Source of the DNA: an uncultured bacterium
Lineage (GTDB): Bacteria > Planctomycetota > UBA1135 > UBA2386
DNA: 64,000 bases
Assembly (NCBI GenBank): GCA_937952215.1
Contig: CALFZH010000008.1
Span: 34,661 to 98,660, forward strand
Direction of reading: 5' to 3'
Position numbers and translations under genes: made by a program. Shown piece by piece: positions 25,689 through 35,920 of the stretch (position 1 is the stretch's first letter; every line of letters starts with the position of its first letter). The notes below the pieces were generated by a model, which saw nothing but the letters and a program-made list of their open reading frames with translations, was not told the origin of the DNA and searched no databases.

Positions 25689-26510
25689 TCACAGCGTCCA
25701 AGCCACGCCGATCGTGAACCAGATCGGGTCGTCGTCGATGCCGAGGTCGTGGAACCACTCCTCGATCGCGCGGTCGAGGATCAGTGAGCCATGCACGCCC
25801 GCGCGCACCTGAGTGCGCTTGTCGTACTGCCACTTGACGACGATCTCGCCGCGCAGGTCGGCGAGGCCGGCCTCCTCGATTCCGTACATCCACAGACTCT
25901 GCGTCTTCGACGCGTAGCCGAGCGAGCCGTCGAGGCCGAGGCTCAGGTTCTCGAGCACGTTGCCGAGCGGGATGTCCTCGGCGACACCGCCGCGAACGTA
26001 GGTGCCCTCGACCTCGTCGTAGTCGTAGTGCAGGCTGACGTAGGGGTTGGCCTCGAGCACCGAGCCCGTCGCCCGCACGAACACCTCGCTGGTGCTGCCG
26101 CGTTCGGCCCGGGCGGCGCTGGCGAAGAACTCGGTGCCGTTCGGCAGGATGTAGTTGTGGATGCCCGCGGTCACCGCGACATCGCCGAACTGCCGCTGCC
26201 AGCTGGCGAGCAGTTCGATCTGCGTGAAGCGGCCGGCGTGGCCGTCGGGAAACCACGCCGCGCCGGTGTCGTTGCGCAGATCCATGTTCGCCTCGACCTC
26301 GACGCCGAGGCGGTCGCCGTGCACGGTGTTCATGCCGATGCCGAGCTTGGGCTGCAGCACCCCGCGGTCGACGAGCGTCATGCCGCGGTGCACGAAGCGC
26401 GTCGCGTACTGACCGGCGAAGGCGACCGAGGCGCGTTCGTTCTCGGGGACGAAGCAGCCGGTCAGGAGCAGGGACACGATGGCAAGGGAGCCTGTGGTGC
26501 GGCGATGCAT
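25689..26510 (-). CDS. Outer-membrane beta-barrel-like lipoprotein
   Basis: MHRRTTGSLAIVSLLLTGC has a lipobox. The sequence shows an alternating amphipathic beta-strand pattern. The start was moved to 26510. Confidence 0.7.
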   Translation of the reverse strand: MHRRTTGSLAIVSLLLTGCFVPENERASVAFAGQYATRFVHRGMTLVDRGVLQPKLGIGMNTVHGDRLGVEVEANMDLRNDTGAAWFPDGHAGRFTQIELLASWQRQFGDVAVTAGIHNYILPNGTEFFASAARAERGSTSEVFVRATGSVLEANPYVSLHYDYDEVEGTYVRGGVAEDIPLGNVLENLSLGLDGSLGYASKTQSLWMYGIEEAGLADLRGEIVVKWQYDKRTQVRAGVHGSLILDRAIEEWFHDLGIDDDPIWFTIGVAWTL

Positions 26511-26580
26511 GCTGTCTCCGGGCGAAACGCGACGGGCGGAACGGCGCGCAGTGTCGATGCGGGCCCACGCCATTGCAACG

Positions 26581-27387
26581 ATGCAACGCGTCGCGGTGCG
26601 TGGCTGCGTATGCTCGCGCGCCGCGCCGCCCTTGTTCCGCCTACTTCTCCACCGTGGTTGGACCGTGGCACTCGTCGGCGCCGCGTGCACACCGATGCGC
26701 GGTTCGGCGCAGCTCGGCTACGCCCAGGTCGAACTCGCTGGCGGCATCGCGTTGTCGTCGGCCGGCAGCACGAGCTCGGTGCAGGACATCGGCCCGACCT
26801 TCGGCCTCGGCGATCGGCGCGATTCGCCGTACGTGCGGACGACGGCGGCGGTCGGCGACGTGACGCTGACCGCGGCTGCCTTCGCCCTGCGCGAGACCGG
26901 CACGGGCACCCTTGCCACCTCGTTCGGCGGCCTGGTGGCTGGCACTTCGGTCGCGACCGACTTCGAGCTCGCGAGCCTGCAGCTGACGGCCGCGTACGGC
27001 TTCGATCTCGGCCCGGTCACGATCGCGCCAGGTGCAGCGCTCGACGTGTTCGCGCTCGACATCCGCGTCAGCGCCGACCCACAGAACCGCGAAGAAGTCG
27101 ACGACGTGGTCGCGGTGCCGCTGCCGTTCCTGCGCGCCGTCGTGCCGTTCGGCGCCTGGCGGGCGACCGCGGAACTGGGCTGGCTCGACGCGCACGATCT
27201 CACCGGCGCCGACGGCCGCTTCGTGGACGGCTCGGTCATGGTCGAGTGGCAGCTGAACGAGTCCTTCCATTTTGTCACGGGATGGCGCCACTTCGCCGTC
27301 GATGCCAGCGGTGACTCGGGCGACGATCGGGTCGCCGTCGACCTGGACGTGCGCGGCTGGTTCGTCGGCGGTGGGGTAGTGTTCTGA
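26581..27387 (+). CDS. Outer-membrane beta-barrel protein (paralog of the next gene)
   Basis: C-terminus is DVRGWFVGGGVVF (terminal Phe). It shares the FG(G/I)....G...ATSFGG/DYGG..AG..VAT..E pattern with 27438..28196. The start codon is uncertain. Confidence 0.7.
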   Translation: MQRVAVRGCVCSRAAPPLFRLLLHRGWTVALVGAACTPMRGSAQLGYAQVELAGGIALSSAGSTSSVQDIGPTFGLGDRRDSPYVRTTAAVGDVTLTAAAFALRETGTGTLATSFGGLVAGTSVATDFELASLQLTAAYGFDLGPVTIAPGAALDVFALDIRVSADPQNREEVDDVVAVPLPFLRAVVPFGAWRATAELGWLDAHDLTGADGRFVDGSVMVEWQLNESFHFVTGWRHFAVDASGDSGDDRVAVDLDVRGWFVGGGVVF

Positions 27388-27437
27388 CGCTTCCTCACTG
27401 GCCGCAACGCCTTGGCGGCTCCATGCTTCCTGTGCCC

Positions 27438-28196
27438 ATGAACAAACTGCTGCTGTGGCTCGTGGCGTTGTCGTCCTTGACGGCGTGCGCCGGACAGAAG
27501 TACCGGGTCGACGTCGGGCCGTTCTTCGCGCGGGCGCGCGGCGACGTCGCGCTGCAGAACGCAGCTGGCTCGCTGCAACTCGGCCAGGTGCAGAACGACG
27601 TCGAATCGGACCTCGGGCTCGGCGAGACCGAGCCGTCGCCGTACCTGCGCGGGCAGTGGGATCGTGATCGGCACCGGGTACGTCTGCACGGCTTCGGCAT
27701 CGACAGCGAAGGCTCGGGAACCCTCGCCGGCGACTACGGCGGCATCCTGGCAGGCTCGGTGGTGGCCACCGAGATGGAGTTCCTCTCGATCGCCGCGAAC
27801 TACGGCTACGAACTGCTGCGCGGTCGCAACCACCGCGTCGCCGTCGGCGGGCAGCTCGGCTTCTATTCGCTCGACGTCGAAGCTCGTTCGACTCCTGGCC
27901 TCGAGTCGGTCGAGACCAGCGTGCTGGTGCCGATGCCGTTCGCGGAAGTGGAGGCGCTGCTCGGCAAGTTCACGCTCGGCACGAACCTGGCCTGGATGAC
28001 GGCGAGCCTCCGCGACGCCAAGGGCATCTACATCGATCTCGAAGCCTACGCGCGGTGGAGCGCCGCACCCGACTTCGACTTCTTCGCCGGCTATCGCTTC
28101 GTGTCGCTCGACGCCGCGGGCAAGGCCACGTCGCGCGACTTCGATGCGGACGTCGACGTGCAGGGCTTCTTCGTCGGCGCCGGCATCCGCTTCTGA
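27438..28196 (+). CDS. Outer-membrane beta-barrel lipoprotein (paralog of the previous gene)
   Basis: MNKLLLWLVALSSLTAC has a lipobox. C-terminus is DVQGFFVGAGIRF. Confidence 0.75.
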   Translation: MNKLLLWLVALSSLTACAGQKYRVDVGPFFARARGDVALQNAAGSLQLGQVQNDVESDLGLGETEPSPYLRGQWDRDRHRVRLHGFGIDSEGSGTLAGDYGGILAGSVVATEMEFLSIAANYGYELLRGRNHRVAVGGQLGFYSLDVEARSTPGLESVETSVLVPMPFAEVEALLGKFTLGTNLAWMTASLRDAKGIYIDLEAYARWSAAPDFDFFAGYRFVSLDAAGKATSRDFDADVDVQGFFVGAGIRF

Positions 28197-28214
28197 TCGC
28201 CGCGCATCGCGACT

Positions 28215-29504
28215 TCACCGGTCGCGCAGCGCGTGCCGCGCGGCCGCGAGCAGCCGCTGCTCGTGCTCCTCGAACGCCGCGGCTGGCCCCAGCCGCTGGA
28301 CGTCCGCGAGGGTGAGGCGGACCAGGACGTCGGGCACGACGCCTTCCGCCTGCAGGCCCACCCCCGTGCGGTCGACGACGCGCAGCGAGCCGAAGCGCAG
28401 CGTGCTGCCGTCGGGCGCCTGGGTGGTCTGCACGGCGGCCTCGGCGCCCGCGGTGCGCTCGCCGATCACGATCGCACCGGCGTGACGCTGCAGCACGCGC
28501 GCGACGTGCTCGGCGGTGCTGCCGGTCAGCGCGCTCGTCAGCACCACGAGCGGACGCTCGAATGTCGGCGGTCGCGGCTGCCATTCGCTGAGCACGAACG
28601 ACTCGAGGGTCAGCAGGCCGAACCACGCCGTCGTCGGTCGCGACGGCACCAGCACGACCTCGACCGGCTCGCGCAGGAAGCGGCCAGCGAACTGCTGGCC
28701 GAGCGACCAGCGGCCGCCGAGGTTGCGCCGGAGGTCGAGCACGAGTCCGGCGAGATCGCGGGACTCGTCGAGTGCGCGCTCGGCGGCGGCGACGCTCGGC
28801 TCGTCGTCGAAGCTGCGCAGTTCGATGCAGGCGAATGGCGCCGCGGCGCGCGCCGACAGGAGCGCGGCGTCGTTGCCGAACGGCCCGAGCACGCTCACGC
28901 GGCGCTCCGTGCGCGGCGGCGGCCGGCGCATGACGTGGCGGGTCACGGCGCCGTTCGCCCACCGCAGCTGCAGATCGACGGTCGAACTCGGCGGGCCGAG
29001 CAGCAGGTTGCCGACGAGCGACAGCACGACCGGGGAGCCCTGCACGCGCCAGAGCTCCGGATGGTCCGCGCCGAGCGATCTGCCATCGGGTGGTGTTGGC
29101 GCGCGATGCGCCGGCCATCCGACCACGTGCAGGCGACCTTCGATCGGCATCACGACGAAGCCCTCGACGTCGAGCAGCGAGGTCGGCGCTTCGCCAGCCT
29201 CGACGAGACGCTCGGGCGGCACGGCCAGCGAGACGTGCAGGTCGCCGAGCTCGCTGAGCATGCCGGTGAGCAGGTGGTAGAACTCGTGCGGCCGCGTCGC
29301 GAACGGCACCGCGCCCCGGTAGCGGCGGCGCAGTTCGTTCCAGTCGAGTTGCTGGCCGCCGAACAGCGGATAGTCGTCGGCGAGCGCCTGCCAGTGGCTG
29401 TCGAACACCGCGAGTCGCTCGACCGCGGGTTCGCCGAGCGAACTGAAGTGGCAGGCGCCTGCCAGCGCGAGCGCCAGGCTCGCGGCGATCTCTCGGCTGC
29501 GCAT
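28215..29504 (-). CDS. S41-family (tail-specific/C-terminal processing-like) peptidase lipoprotein
   Basis: MRSREIAASLALALAGAC, then LVLDLRRNLGGRW and VVLTSALTGSTAEHVA (Ser nucleophile context). Confidence 0.75.
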   Translation of the reverse strand: MRSREIAASLALALAGACHFSSLGEPAVERLAVFDSHWQALADDYPLFGGQQLDWNELRRRYRGAVPFATRPHEFYHLLTGMLSELGDLHVSLAVPPERLVEAGEAPTSLLDVEGFVVMPIEGRLHVVGWPAHRAPTPPDGRSLGADHPELWRVQGSPVVLSLVGNLLLGPPSSTVDLQLRWANGAVTRHVMRRPPPRTERRVSVLGPFGNDAALLSARAAAPFACIELRSFDDEPSVAAAERALDESRDLAGLVLDLRRNLGGRWSLGQQFAGRFLREPVEVVLVPSRPTTAWFGLLTLESFVLSEWQPRPPTFERPLVVLTSALTGSTAEHVARVLQRHAGAIVIGERTAGAEAAVQTTQAPDGSTLRFGSLRVVDRTGVGLQAEGVVPDVLVRLTLADVQRLGPAAAFEEHEQRLLAAARHALRDR

Positions 29505-29636
29505 GGCGGCACGTTCGCGCGCATTCGCGTCGCGCACCAGCGGCGATGCCGGATTCCGAAGCTGCGCGCCGCCCGCCGCTCACGAACCGGGTCGGTTCGC
29601 TACGATCCCCGTCCGACCGATCCCCGAGGAGTGCCC

Positions 29637-30851
29637 ATGCGAAACGCCGTGCCGAGTCTGCCGTTCCTCGTCGTGTTCGCCGCCCACGCCGCGCCGGCGC
29701 AGACGACGCATCTCGTCGGCCCCGGCGGATTGCCGCAGATCCGCGCCGCGCTCGCGGTCGCCGTGCCCGGGGACATCATCCATGTGCTGCCGGGCACCTA
29801 CGCGCAGTTCGACGCCAACGTCGGCGTCACGATCCGTGCGCTCGTTCCCGGCACGGTCACGATCGCCTACGACCCCGCCTTCGCACCGGCGAGCTGCCAG
29901 GCGTTCCCGATCGCGTGTTGGAGCACGGAGGGTCCGACCTGGTTTCGTCCGCCCGCCGGCCAGCACGTTCACGTCGTCGGGCTCAACTTCGCGCCGACGT
30001 GGAACGCCACCTGGTTCTGGCACTCGGTGCAGGTGACGAGCGGCCGCGTCACCTTCGACCAGTGCGTGATCCAGATCGTCAACCGTACGGCGCTGACGGT
30101 CTCGCAGGCCGCGGTGCACTTGCAGGACTCGCTCGTGCAGTGCACGAGCGGTTCGAGCGGCGTGCCCTATCCGAGTTTCGTCGCGACGAACGCCGACGTC
30201 ACCGCGGTCGGCTGCCAGATCTACGGCGCCCCGGCGGCCCCGTTCGGTCCGCAGCAGTTTCCGCAGCCGGGCCTTCGCCTGATCGGCTCGCGCTTCCAGG
30301 GCAGCGGCCTCACCGTGACCGGCGCCAACCAGTCGATGGGACCGGCCGGGGCGCCCGCGATCTTCGCCGACTCGGCATCGCTCGCCTGGATCACCGACTC
30401 GACGTTGGTCGCCGGCCAGGCCCACTGCGTGATCGAGGGCTCGCTGGGCGCGGTGCACGTCGACCGCTGCACGATCACGCACAACGCGCCGAACTGCGTG
30501 GCCGGCACGTCGTGGCCGTTCCTGCTCGGCGTCGAGCGCATCGCCCCGCTGCAACCGGGTGCCGTGTTCGAGCTGCGCTACCGCACCGAGCCGAACGGCG
30601 TCGTCGGGATCTTCGCGAGCCACCTGACGGGCACCGTCGACTTCACGCCGCTGCTGGCGCAGCCATCGTGGCTCGGCGACAACCAGTGGTTCGTCGCTGG
30701 TGTCGTGGCGGCGGACGCGACCGGCCTTGCCGTGGCGACGTGGGCGATCCCGAACGGCCCCTTCAGCGATCGCACGCTGTGGTTCCACGGCGTCAGCGGC
30801 CTCACGTTTCCGTTGCAGGGGAGCGCGCTCGCCGGCGGCGTCGTTCGTTGA
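29637..30851 (+). CDS. Secreted right-handed beta-helix-like protein carrying the shared C-terminal module
   Basis: A GAGGA RBS lies 7 nt before the ATG at 29637. A signal peptide is present (MRNAVPSLPFLVVFAAHAAPAQT). Short turn-rich repeats are seen. The 872-aa track ORF is a run-on upstream of this start. Confidence 0.7.
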   Translation: MRNAVPSLPFLVVFAAHAAPAQTTHLVGPGGLPQIRAALAVAVPGDIIHVLPGTYAQFDANVGVTIRALVPGTVTIAYDPAFAPASCQAFPIACWSTEGPTWFRPPAGQHVHVVGLNFAPTWNATWFWHSVQVTSGRVTFDQCVIQIVNRTALTVSQAAVHLQDSLVQCTSGSSGVPYPSFVATNADVTAVGCQIYGAPAAPFGPQQFPQPGLRLIGSRFQGSGLTVTGANQSMGPAGAPAIFADSASLAWITDSTLVAGQAHCVIEGSLGAVHVDRCTITHNAPNCVAGTSWPFLLGVERIAPLQPGAVFELRYRTEPNGVVGIFASHLTGTVDFTPLLAQPSWLGDNQWFVAGVVAADATGLAVATWAIPNGPFSDRTLWFHGVSGLTFPLQGSALAGGVVR

Positions 30852-30855
30852 GGGC

Positions 30856-31245
30856 ATGACGACTCCGTCGCGCTTCGTCTGGAACCCCGGCGCGTGGTTT
30901 GGCGCGCTGACGGGCTGCACGGCGTGGATGTTCCTGCTCGGGCTGTTCCTGTGGCGGGACGACCGCGGTGTCGCCGTGCTCGCACTGCTCGGCGGCGCGC
31001 TGCTGGTCGCGCTCGGCGTCGTGCTGTGGCGGCGGCGCGGTGCGCTGACGGCGTACGCCGCGATGCAGACCTTGTTCGCGGCGATGGCGGTCGTCGTGGC
31101 CGCCGTCGTCATCGTCGGCAACGCCAGCGGCCTCGCGACGCCGACGCCGCCCGGGCACGTGTTCGCGGACTGGCTGCCGTACTGGACGATCGCGATCCCG
31201 CCGGCCCTGATGGCGTTCTTCGCCGTACTGGAGAACCGTGGCTGA
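30856..31245 (+). CDS. Small integral membrane protein (4 TM)
   Basis: Hydrophobic helices; start at MTTPSRFVWNPGAWFG. Confidence 0.55.
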   Translation: MTTPSRFVWNPGAWFGALTGCTAWMFLLGLFLWRDDRGVAVLALLGGALLVALGVVLWRRRGALTAYAAMQTLFAAMAVVVAAVVIVGNASGLATPTPPGHVFADWLPYWTIAIPPALMAFFAVLENRG

Positions 31246-32416
31246 CGCGCGACGGGAGGACATGGACGTCTTGGCCGCGGACGCGGCCCGCGCGACCTTG
31301 GTCGGTCGTGTGTTCTGCCCGGGCGTCGGCCCGTGCCTCGTCGTGATCCGCGGCGGCGCGGTGATCGACATCACCAGCCGCGCCGCGCCGACGATGCGCG
31401 ACCTGCTCGAGCTGCCGGATCCAGCCGGTCACGTCGCCAGTGCCGATGGTGCCCGCATCGCCACGGTCGCCGAACTGGCGGCGAACTCGTTCGAGGCGCG
31501 CCGCGACCTCGGCAAGCCGTGGCTGCTGGCGCCGTTCGACCTGCAGCCGGTGAAGGCGGCGGGCGTGACGTTCGCGGTGAGCCTGCTCGAACGCGTGATC
31601 GAAGAGCAGGCGCGCGGGGATCGCACCAAGGCCGAGGCGCTGCGCGGCCAGATCCAGGAACTGCTCGGCAGTGAATTGGCGACCCTGCGGCCCGGGTCGC
31701 CCGCTGCCGCCGAAGTGAAGCGGCTGCTGATCGCGCGCGGGCTGTGGTCGCAGTATCTCGAAGTCGGCATCGGCCCCGATCCCGAGGTGTTCACCAAAGC
31801 ACCCCCGATGGCCGCGGTCGGTCACGGCGCCCACGTCGGCATCCCCCCGTTCTCGCAGTGGAACAACCCGGAGCCCGAGGTCGTGCTCGCGGTCAGCAGC
31901 CGCGGCGCGATCGTCGGGGCGACGCTCGGCAACGACGTCAACCTGCGCGACGTCGAAGGTCGCTCGGCTTTGCTGCTCGGCAAGGCGAAGGACAACAACG
32001 CGTCGGCCGCGATCGGGCCGTTCGTGCGCTTGTTCGATCGGCACTTCACGCTCGACGACGTGCGCACGACGGTCGTGCGGCTCGAGGTGCGCGGCACCGA
32101 TGGCTTCACGCTGACTGGCGAGAGCTCGCTCGCGCGCATCAGCCGCGATCCCGCTGATCTCGTGCAGGCGACGATCGGGCACCACCAGTATCCGGACGGG
32201 TTCGCGCTCTACCTCGGGACCATGTTCGCGCCGGTCCAGGATCGCGACGGGCCGGGCAAGGGGTTCACGCACCACGACGGCGACGTCGTCGTGATCGCGG
32301 CGGAACGGCTCGGCCGGCTGGTCAACACGGTGCGACCGACGGCGGCGTGCGCGCCGTGGACGTTCGGCGCCGGGGCGCTGATGAAGAACCTCGCGGGCCG
32401 TGGCCTGCTCGGGTGA
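31238..32416 (+). CDS. Fumarylacetoacetate hydrolase (FAH) family protein, ~390-aa COG3970-like form
   Basis: WSQYLEVGIGPDPEVFTKAPPMAAVGHG, GNDVNLRDVEGRSALLLGKAKDNNAS and GTMFAP. An alternative start is the ATG at 31262. Confidence 0.8.
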   Translation: MADARREDMDVLAADAARATLVGRVFCPGVGPCLVVIRGGAVIDITSRAAPTMRDLLELPDPAGHVASADGARIATVAELAANSFEARRDLGKPWLLAPFDLQPVKAAGVTFAVSLLERVIEEQARGDRTKAEALRGQIQELLGSELATLRPGSPAAAEVKRLLIARGLWSQYLEVGIGPDPEVFTKAPPMAAVGHGAHVGIPPFSQWNNPEPEVVLAVSSRGAIVGATLGNDVNLRDVEGRSALLLGKAKDNNASAAIGPFVRLFDRHFTLDDVRTTVVRLEVRGTDGFTLTGESSLARISRDPADLVQATIGHHQYPDGFALYLGTMFAPVQDRDGPGKGFTHHDGDVVVIAAERLGRLVNTVRPTAACAPWTFGAGALMKNLAGRGLLG

Positions 32417-32419
32417 CGC

Positions 32420-32896
32420 GTGAGCCGCAAGGTCACCTACGTGCTGGCGGCGGCGGCGTTCGGCGTGCTCGCCGCGTTCGTCGTCTTCGCGGCGATCGTG
32501 TGGCTCGGCGTGATGGGGTGGGAGAAGTTCCGACCGGTCTGGATCGGTTCGATGGTGCCCGCCGTGGTGATCGCGGCTTGGCTCGTGCGGCCGATCCTGG
32601 GTCGATCGAGCGCAGCGATGCTCGTGGTCGGGTCGCTGTTCGCCGTGGCGTCGGCGGCGCTGTTCGGGTTCGGCCTGGTGTTCACCGGCGGCATCGGCGC
32701 CGAACTTGGCATCGGCGAAGTGCTCGCGCTGGCCGCCTACGGGGGCCTGATGGGGGTGGTCGCCTGCGTGCTGCTGGGGTTGGTCACGTTCCCGCTCGGC
32801 TTCGCTGGCGCGTGGCTGCTGCATGCCGTTGACCGCGGTGTTGCGTCGATGTCGCCGCGCGGCGCGCCATCGGATGCCGCCCGCCACGAGCGGTGA
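32420..32896 (+). CDS. Integral membrane protein (4-5 TM), hypothetical
   Basis: GTG start. The ORF is strongly hydrophobic and 158 aa long. Confidence 0.55.
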   Translation: MSRKVTYVLAAAAFGVLAAFVVFAAIVWLGVMGWEKFRPVWIGSMVPAVVIAAWLVRPILGRSSAAMLVVGSLFAVASAALFGFGLVFTGGIGAELGIGEVLALAAYGGLMGVVACVLLGLVTFPLGFAGAWLLHAVDRGVASMSPRGAPSDAARHER

Positions 32897-33009
32897 GATC
32901 GCGCCTCGGCGGGCAGGACGCCTCGTTCGGCGCCGATCCCCAGACAGCCCGTCGATCGCCCCGTGACGGATCGGGCGCCGCAGCGGACACTGCGCGCCTC
33001 GTCGCCACC

Positions 33010-34602
33010 ATGCCGTTCCACCGTTCGCTCGTCGTCCTCCTGAGCTGCGCCGCATCGGTGGTCGCCCAGGACCGCTCGGCGAACCAGAAGGCGCTGCTGT
33101 CCCTGCTGCCGGACGAAGCCGTCGCGGTCGTCGTCATCGACGATCCGCGCTTGGCGGTGACCGAACTGCGGGCGGCGCTCGGGGACGTTCCGCCGGCGCT
33201 GCGCGAACACTTCGGCTTCGCGGCGTGGGCGGGTCTCGCCGCGGCCTGGATCGCGGTCGACGGCGACCCGGCTTCGTTCGCGGCGACGGTCGCTGGCGGC
33301 GGCGCGGTCGTCGCGGTCCTGCCGGCGCCGAACGGTCCGCGCCTGATCGCGTTGCTGCGGCCGAACGACCTCGCCGCGACCGAGGCCTGGTTCGCGAAGT
33401 TCGTCGAGCGCACGCCGCGCGCGACCTACGGCGAACTGCTCGTCGTCGGCTCGCACCAGGACCTCGTCGCCCGCATGCAGCGACGATTCGGCGAGGACGG
33501 GCCCGTGAGCCGGTGGGCGGATGTCGACTTCGGGCCGCCAGCACCGCTGCGCAGCGCGATCGACCTCGCCAGCGTGCGCGCGGCAGCGGGTGAGCAGGCG
33601 AAGCCGTTCGCCGAGCACGATGCCGGCGCCCGCTTCCTGCTGCTGCCGTTGCTGCACGCCGCGACCACTGCCGAGTTTGCGACGTTCTCGCTCGCTGGCG
33701 GCGAACGTCTCGTGCTCCGCGCGAGTGCCGCGGCAAGCGCGCGCAGCGGCTCGTGCCGCGACCTGTTCGCACCACCGACCGCCAGCGGCGCGCTGGCCCT
33801 GCCCGCGGGCGGCCTGTCGGTGCTGCGCCTCGACCGCAGCGTGCGCGCGCTGCTCGCGCAACCCGAACGCTTCCTGGCGCCGGCCGAAGTGCTCGCGGTG
33901 CAGGGCTTCCTGTCGATCGCCGACGCGATCGACGGTGCGCACAGTTCGTTCGTCGACGACCTGCTCGGCGGCCTCGAAGAGCCGCTGGCGTTGCACGTGC
34001 TGCCCGTCACGCCGCCGCCCGACGCCGGACCGTCGCGCCTGCAGCTGCCCGGCTTCGCGGTGGTCGCTCGCGTGAAGGACCCCGCGGTGCACGACGTGCT
34101 CGGTCGCATGGCGCAGGCGTTCGTGCTGATCGCCAACGCCGAGCGCCAGCAGCGGGGCCAGGCGCCGTTCCCGCTGCGGACGCGGTCGACGGAGGCCGGC
34201 CACGGCTTCGTCGCCGAGCCGCTGCCGTGGCGCGGGCCGGGTGATCCGCCGATCGAGCAGGGCCTGTCGCCGACGCTGTGGTTCGAGAACGGCCACGTCG
34301 TGCTCGCGAGCACGTACGACGCGGCGATGGCGATGGTGGCGGCGACGCGCGCCGAAGAGCGCGACGCGCGCGGCGGCGATCTGCTGGTGCTGCGCGGCCC
34401 GGAGTGGGCGGATGCGATCGCGGCGAGCCGCGACGTGCTCGAGACCGGGCGCGTGCTCGACGAGGGCGAGACCCCGGCCGTGGCGAAGCGGTTCTTCGAC
34501 GTGCTGCTCGTCGTCGCGCGCTCGCTGCGCGAAGTAGCGCTGCACGTCGAATGCGACGACGCGCGCGCGACGCTCGAGCTGTCGCTGGATCGCGTGCGAT
34601 GA
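33010..34602 (+). CDS. Secreted hypothetical protein (530 aa), first gene of a 4-gene coupled operon
   Basis: Signal peptide MPFHRSLVVLLSCAASVVAQ. The stop overlaps the next start (ATGA). Confidence 0.6.
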   Translation: MPFHRSLVVLLSCAASVVAQDRSANQKALLSLLPDEAVAVVVIDDPRLAVTELRAALGDVPPALREHFGFAAWAGLAAAWIAVDGDPASFAATVAGGGAVVAVLPAPNGPRLIALLRPNDLAATEAWFAKFVERTPRATYGELLVVGSHQDLVARMQRRFGEDGPVSRWADVDFGPPAPLRSAIDLASVRAAAGEQAKPFAEHDAGARFLLLPLLHAATTAEFATFSLAGGERLVLRASAAASARSGSCRDLFAPPTASGALALPAGGLSVLRLDRSVRALLAQPERFLAPAEVLAVQGFLSIADAIDGAHSSFVDDLLGGLEEPLALHVLPVTPPPDAGPSRLQLPGFAVVARVKDPAVHDVLGRMAQAFVLIANAERQQRGQAPFPLRTRSTEAGHGFVAEPLPWRGPGDPPIEQGLSPTLWFENGHVVLASTYDAAMAMVAATRAEERDARGGDLLVLRGPEWADAIAASRDVLETGRVLDEGETPAVAKRFFDVLLVVARSLREVALHVECDDARATLELSLDRVR

Positions 34603-35918
34603 ACGACCTGCTGCAGCCGTGGGAGCCGAGCCGAGGGGATCGCTTCGATCTGGCGAAGGCCGGCCATCTGCTGCGGCGCGCGGGCTACGGCGGCTCGCTG
34701 TCGCTGCGGCTCGACCTGGTCGCGGCGGGTGTCGCGGCCGCGGTCGATCGTGTCGCCGGTCCGGCGCCGGCAGCGCCGCTGCCGCCGCCCGAACGGCTGC
34801 AGGACGTGATCGCGTTCGGCGACATCGCGCGGGTCCGCGCCCACCGCGTGTGGCTGGCGCTGCACGGCGAGCCGGTGCTGCGCACGCGCATGAGCCACTT
34901 CTGGCACGGCCACTTCGCCACGAGCAACCAGAAGCTGCAGGACCCGCGGGCGATGGCGTTGCAGCTCGCGACGTTCGATGGCGCGGGCCTGCTGCGCTTC
35001 GACGAACTGCTGGCGGCGATGTGCCGCGACCCGGCCCTGCTGCGCTGGCTCGACAACGACGGCAACAAGAAGGGCAAGCCGAACGAGAACTTCGCGCGCG
35101 AGCTGTTCGAGCTGTTCACGCTCGGCCGCGGCCACTACTCGGAAGCCGACGTGCGTGAAGCGGCGCGCTGCTTCACCGGCTGGCACGTGCGCGACGGCGC
35201 CTTCCGCTTCGCGGCGAATCTGCACGACGACGGCGAGAAGGAACTGTTCGGGGCGCGCGGCCGGTTCGGCGGCGACGACGTGATCGCGGCCGTCGTCGCG
35301 CGGCGCGAGTCGGCGGAGTTCCTCGCCGACCGCTGGCTGCGCTGCTTCGTGCATCCGGAACCGGAGCGCGTCGAGATCGACGCGTTGGCCGCGGTCTACG
35401 AACGCTCGCAGCGCTCCGTCTACGCCACGCTGACGACGTTGCTGCGCAGCCGGCTGTTCTTCTCGCCGCGTGCACGCGGCGCCAAGGTGAAGAGTCCCGC
35501 CGACTTCGTGCTCGGCACGGTGCGCGCGCTCGGTGCGCACGCAGCACCGATGGAACTGGCGGCGGCGATGGCCGCCCTCGGCGAGGCCTGGTGCGAGCCG
35601 CCATCGGTCGAGGGCTGGCACGGCGAGCGTGCGTGGCTGTCGCCGGCGTCCTGGCTGCTGCGGTCCAACTTCGTCGCCGACCTGCTCGCCGGCCGCACCG
35701 GCAAGTTGCAGCCGGCGCCGGCGGCGCTGTTCGCGCGCAGCAAGACGCCAGCCGAGATCGCCAACCGCGCCGGAGTCCTGTTGCTCGACGGCGCGCTCGC
35801 CAAGAACGACGCCGACCACCTCGCCGCGGTCGCGGCGGCGCATGGCGCCGACCACGCCGCTGCGGCCGTCGCCGTGCTGCACGCGGCGGCGTGCCTTCCC
35901 GACTACCAGCTCGCCTGA
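34599..35918 (+). CDS. DUF1800 family protein
   Basis: HLLRRAGYGG, FWHGHFATS, NENFARELFELFTLGRGHYSE.DV.EAAR.FTGW. Confidence 0.85.
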   Translation: MNDLLQPWEPSRGDRFDLAKAGHLLRRAGYGGSLSLRLDLVAAGVAAAVDRVAGPAPAAPLPPPERLQDVIAFGDIARVRAHRVWLALHGEPVLRTRMSHFWHGHFATSNQKLQDPRAMALQLATFDGAGLLRFDELLAAMCRDPALLRWLDNDGNKKGKPNENFARELFELFTLGRGHYSEADVREAARCFTGWHVRDGAFRFAANLHDDGEKELFGARGRFGGDDVIAAVVARRESAEFLADRWLRCFVHPEPERVEIDALAAVYERSQRSVYATLTTLLRSRLFFSPRARGAKVKSPADFVLGTVRALGAHAAPMELAAAMAALGEAWCEPPSVEGWHGERAWLSPASWLLRSNFVADLLAGRTGKLQPAPAALFARSKTPAEIANRAGVLLLDGALAKNDADHLAAVAAAHGADHAAAAVAVLHAAACLPDYQLA

Positions 35919-35920
35919 GG

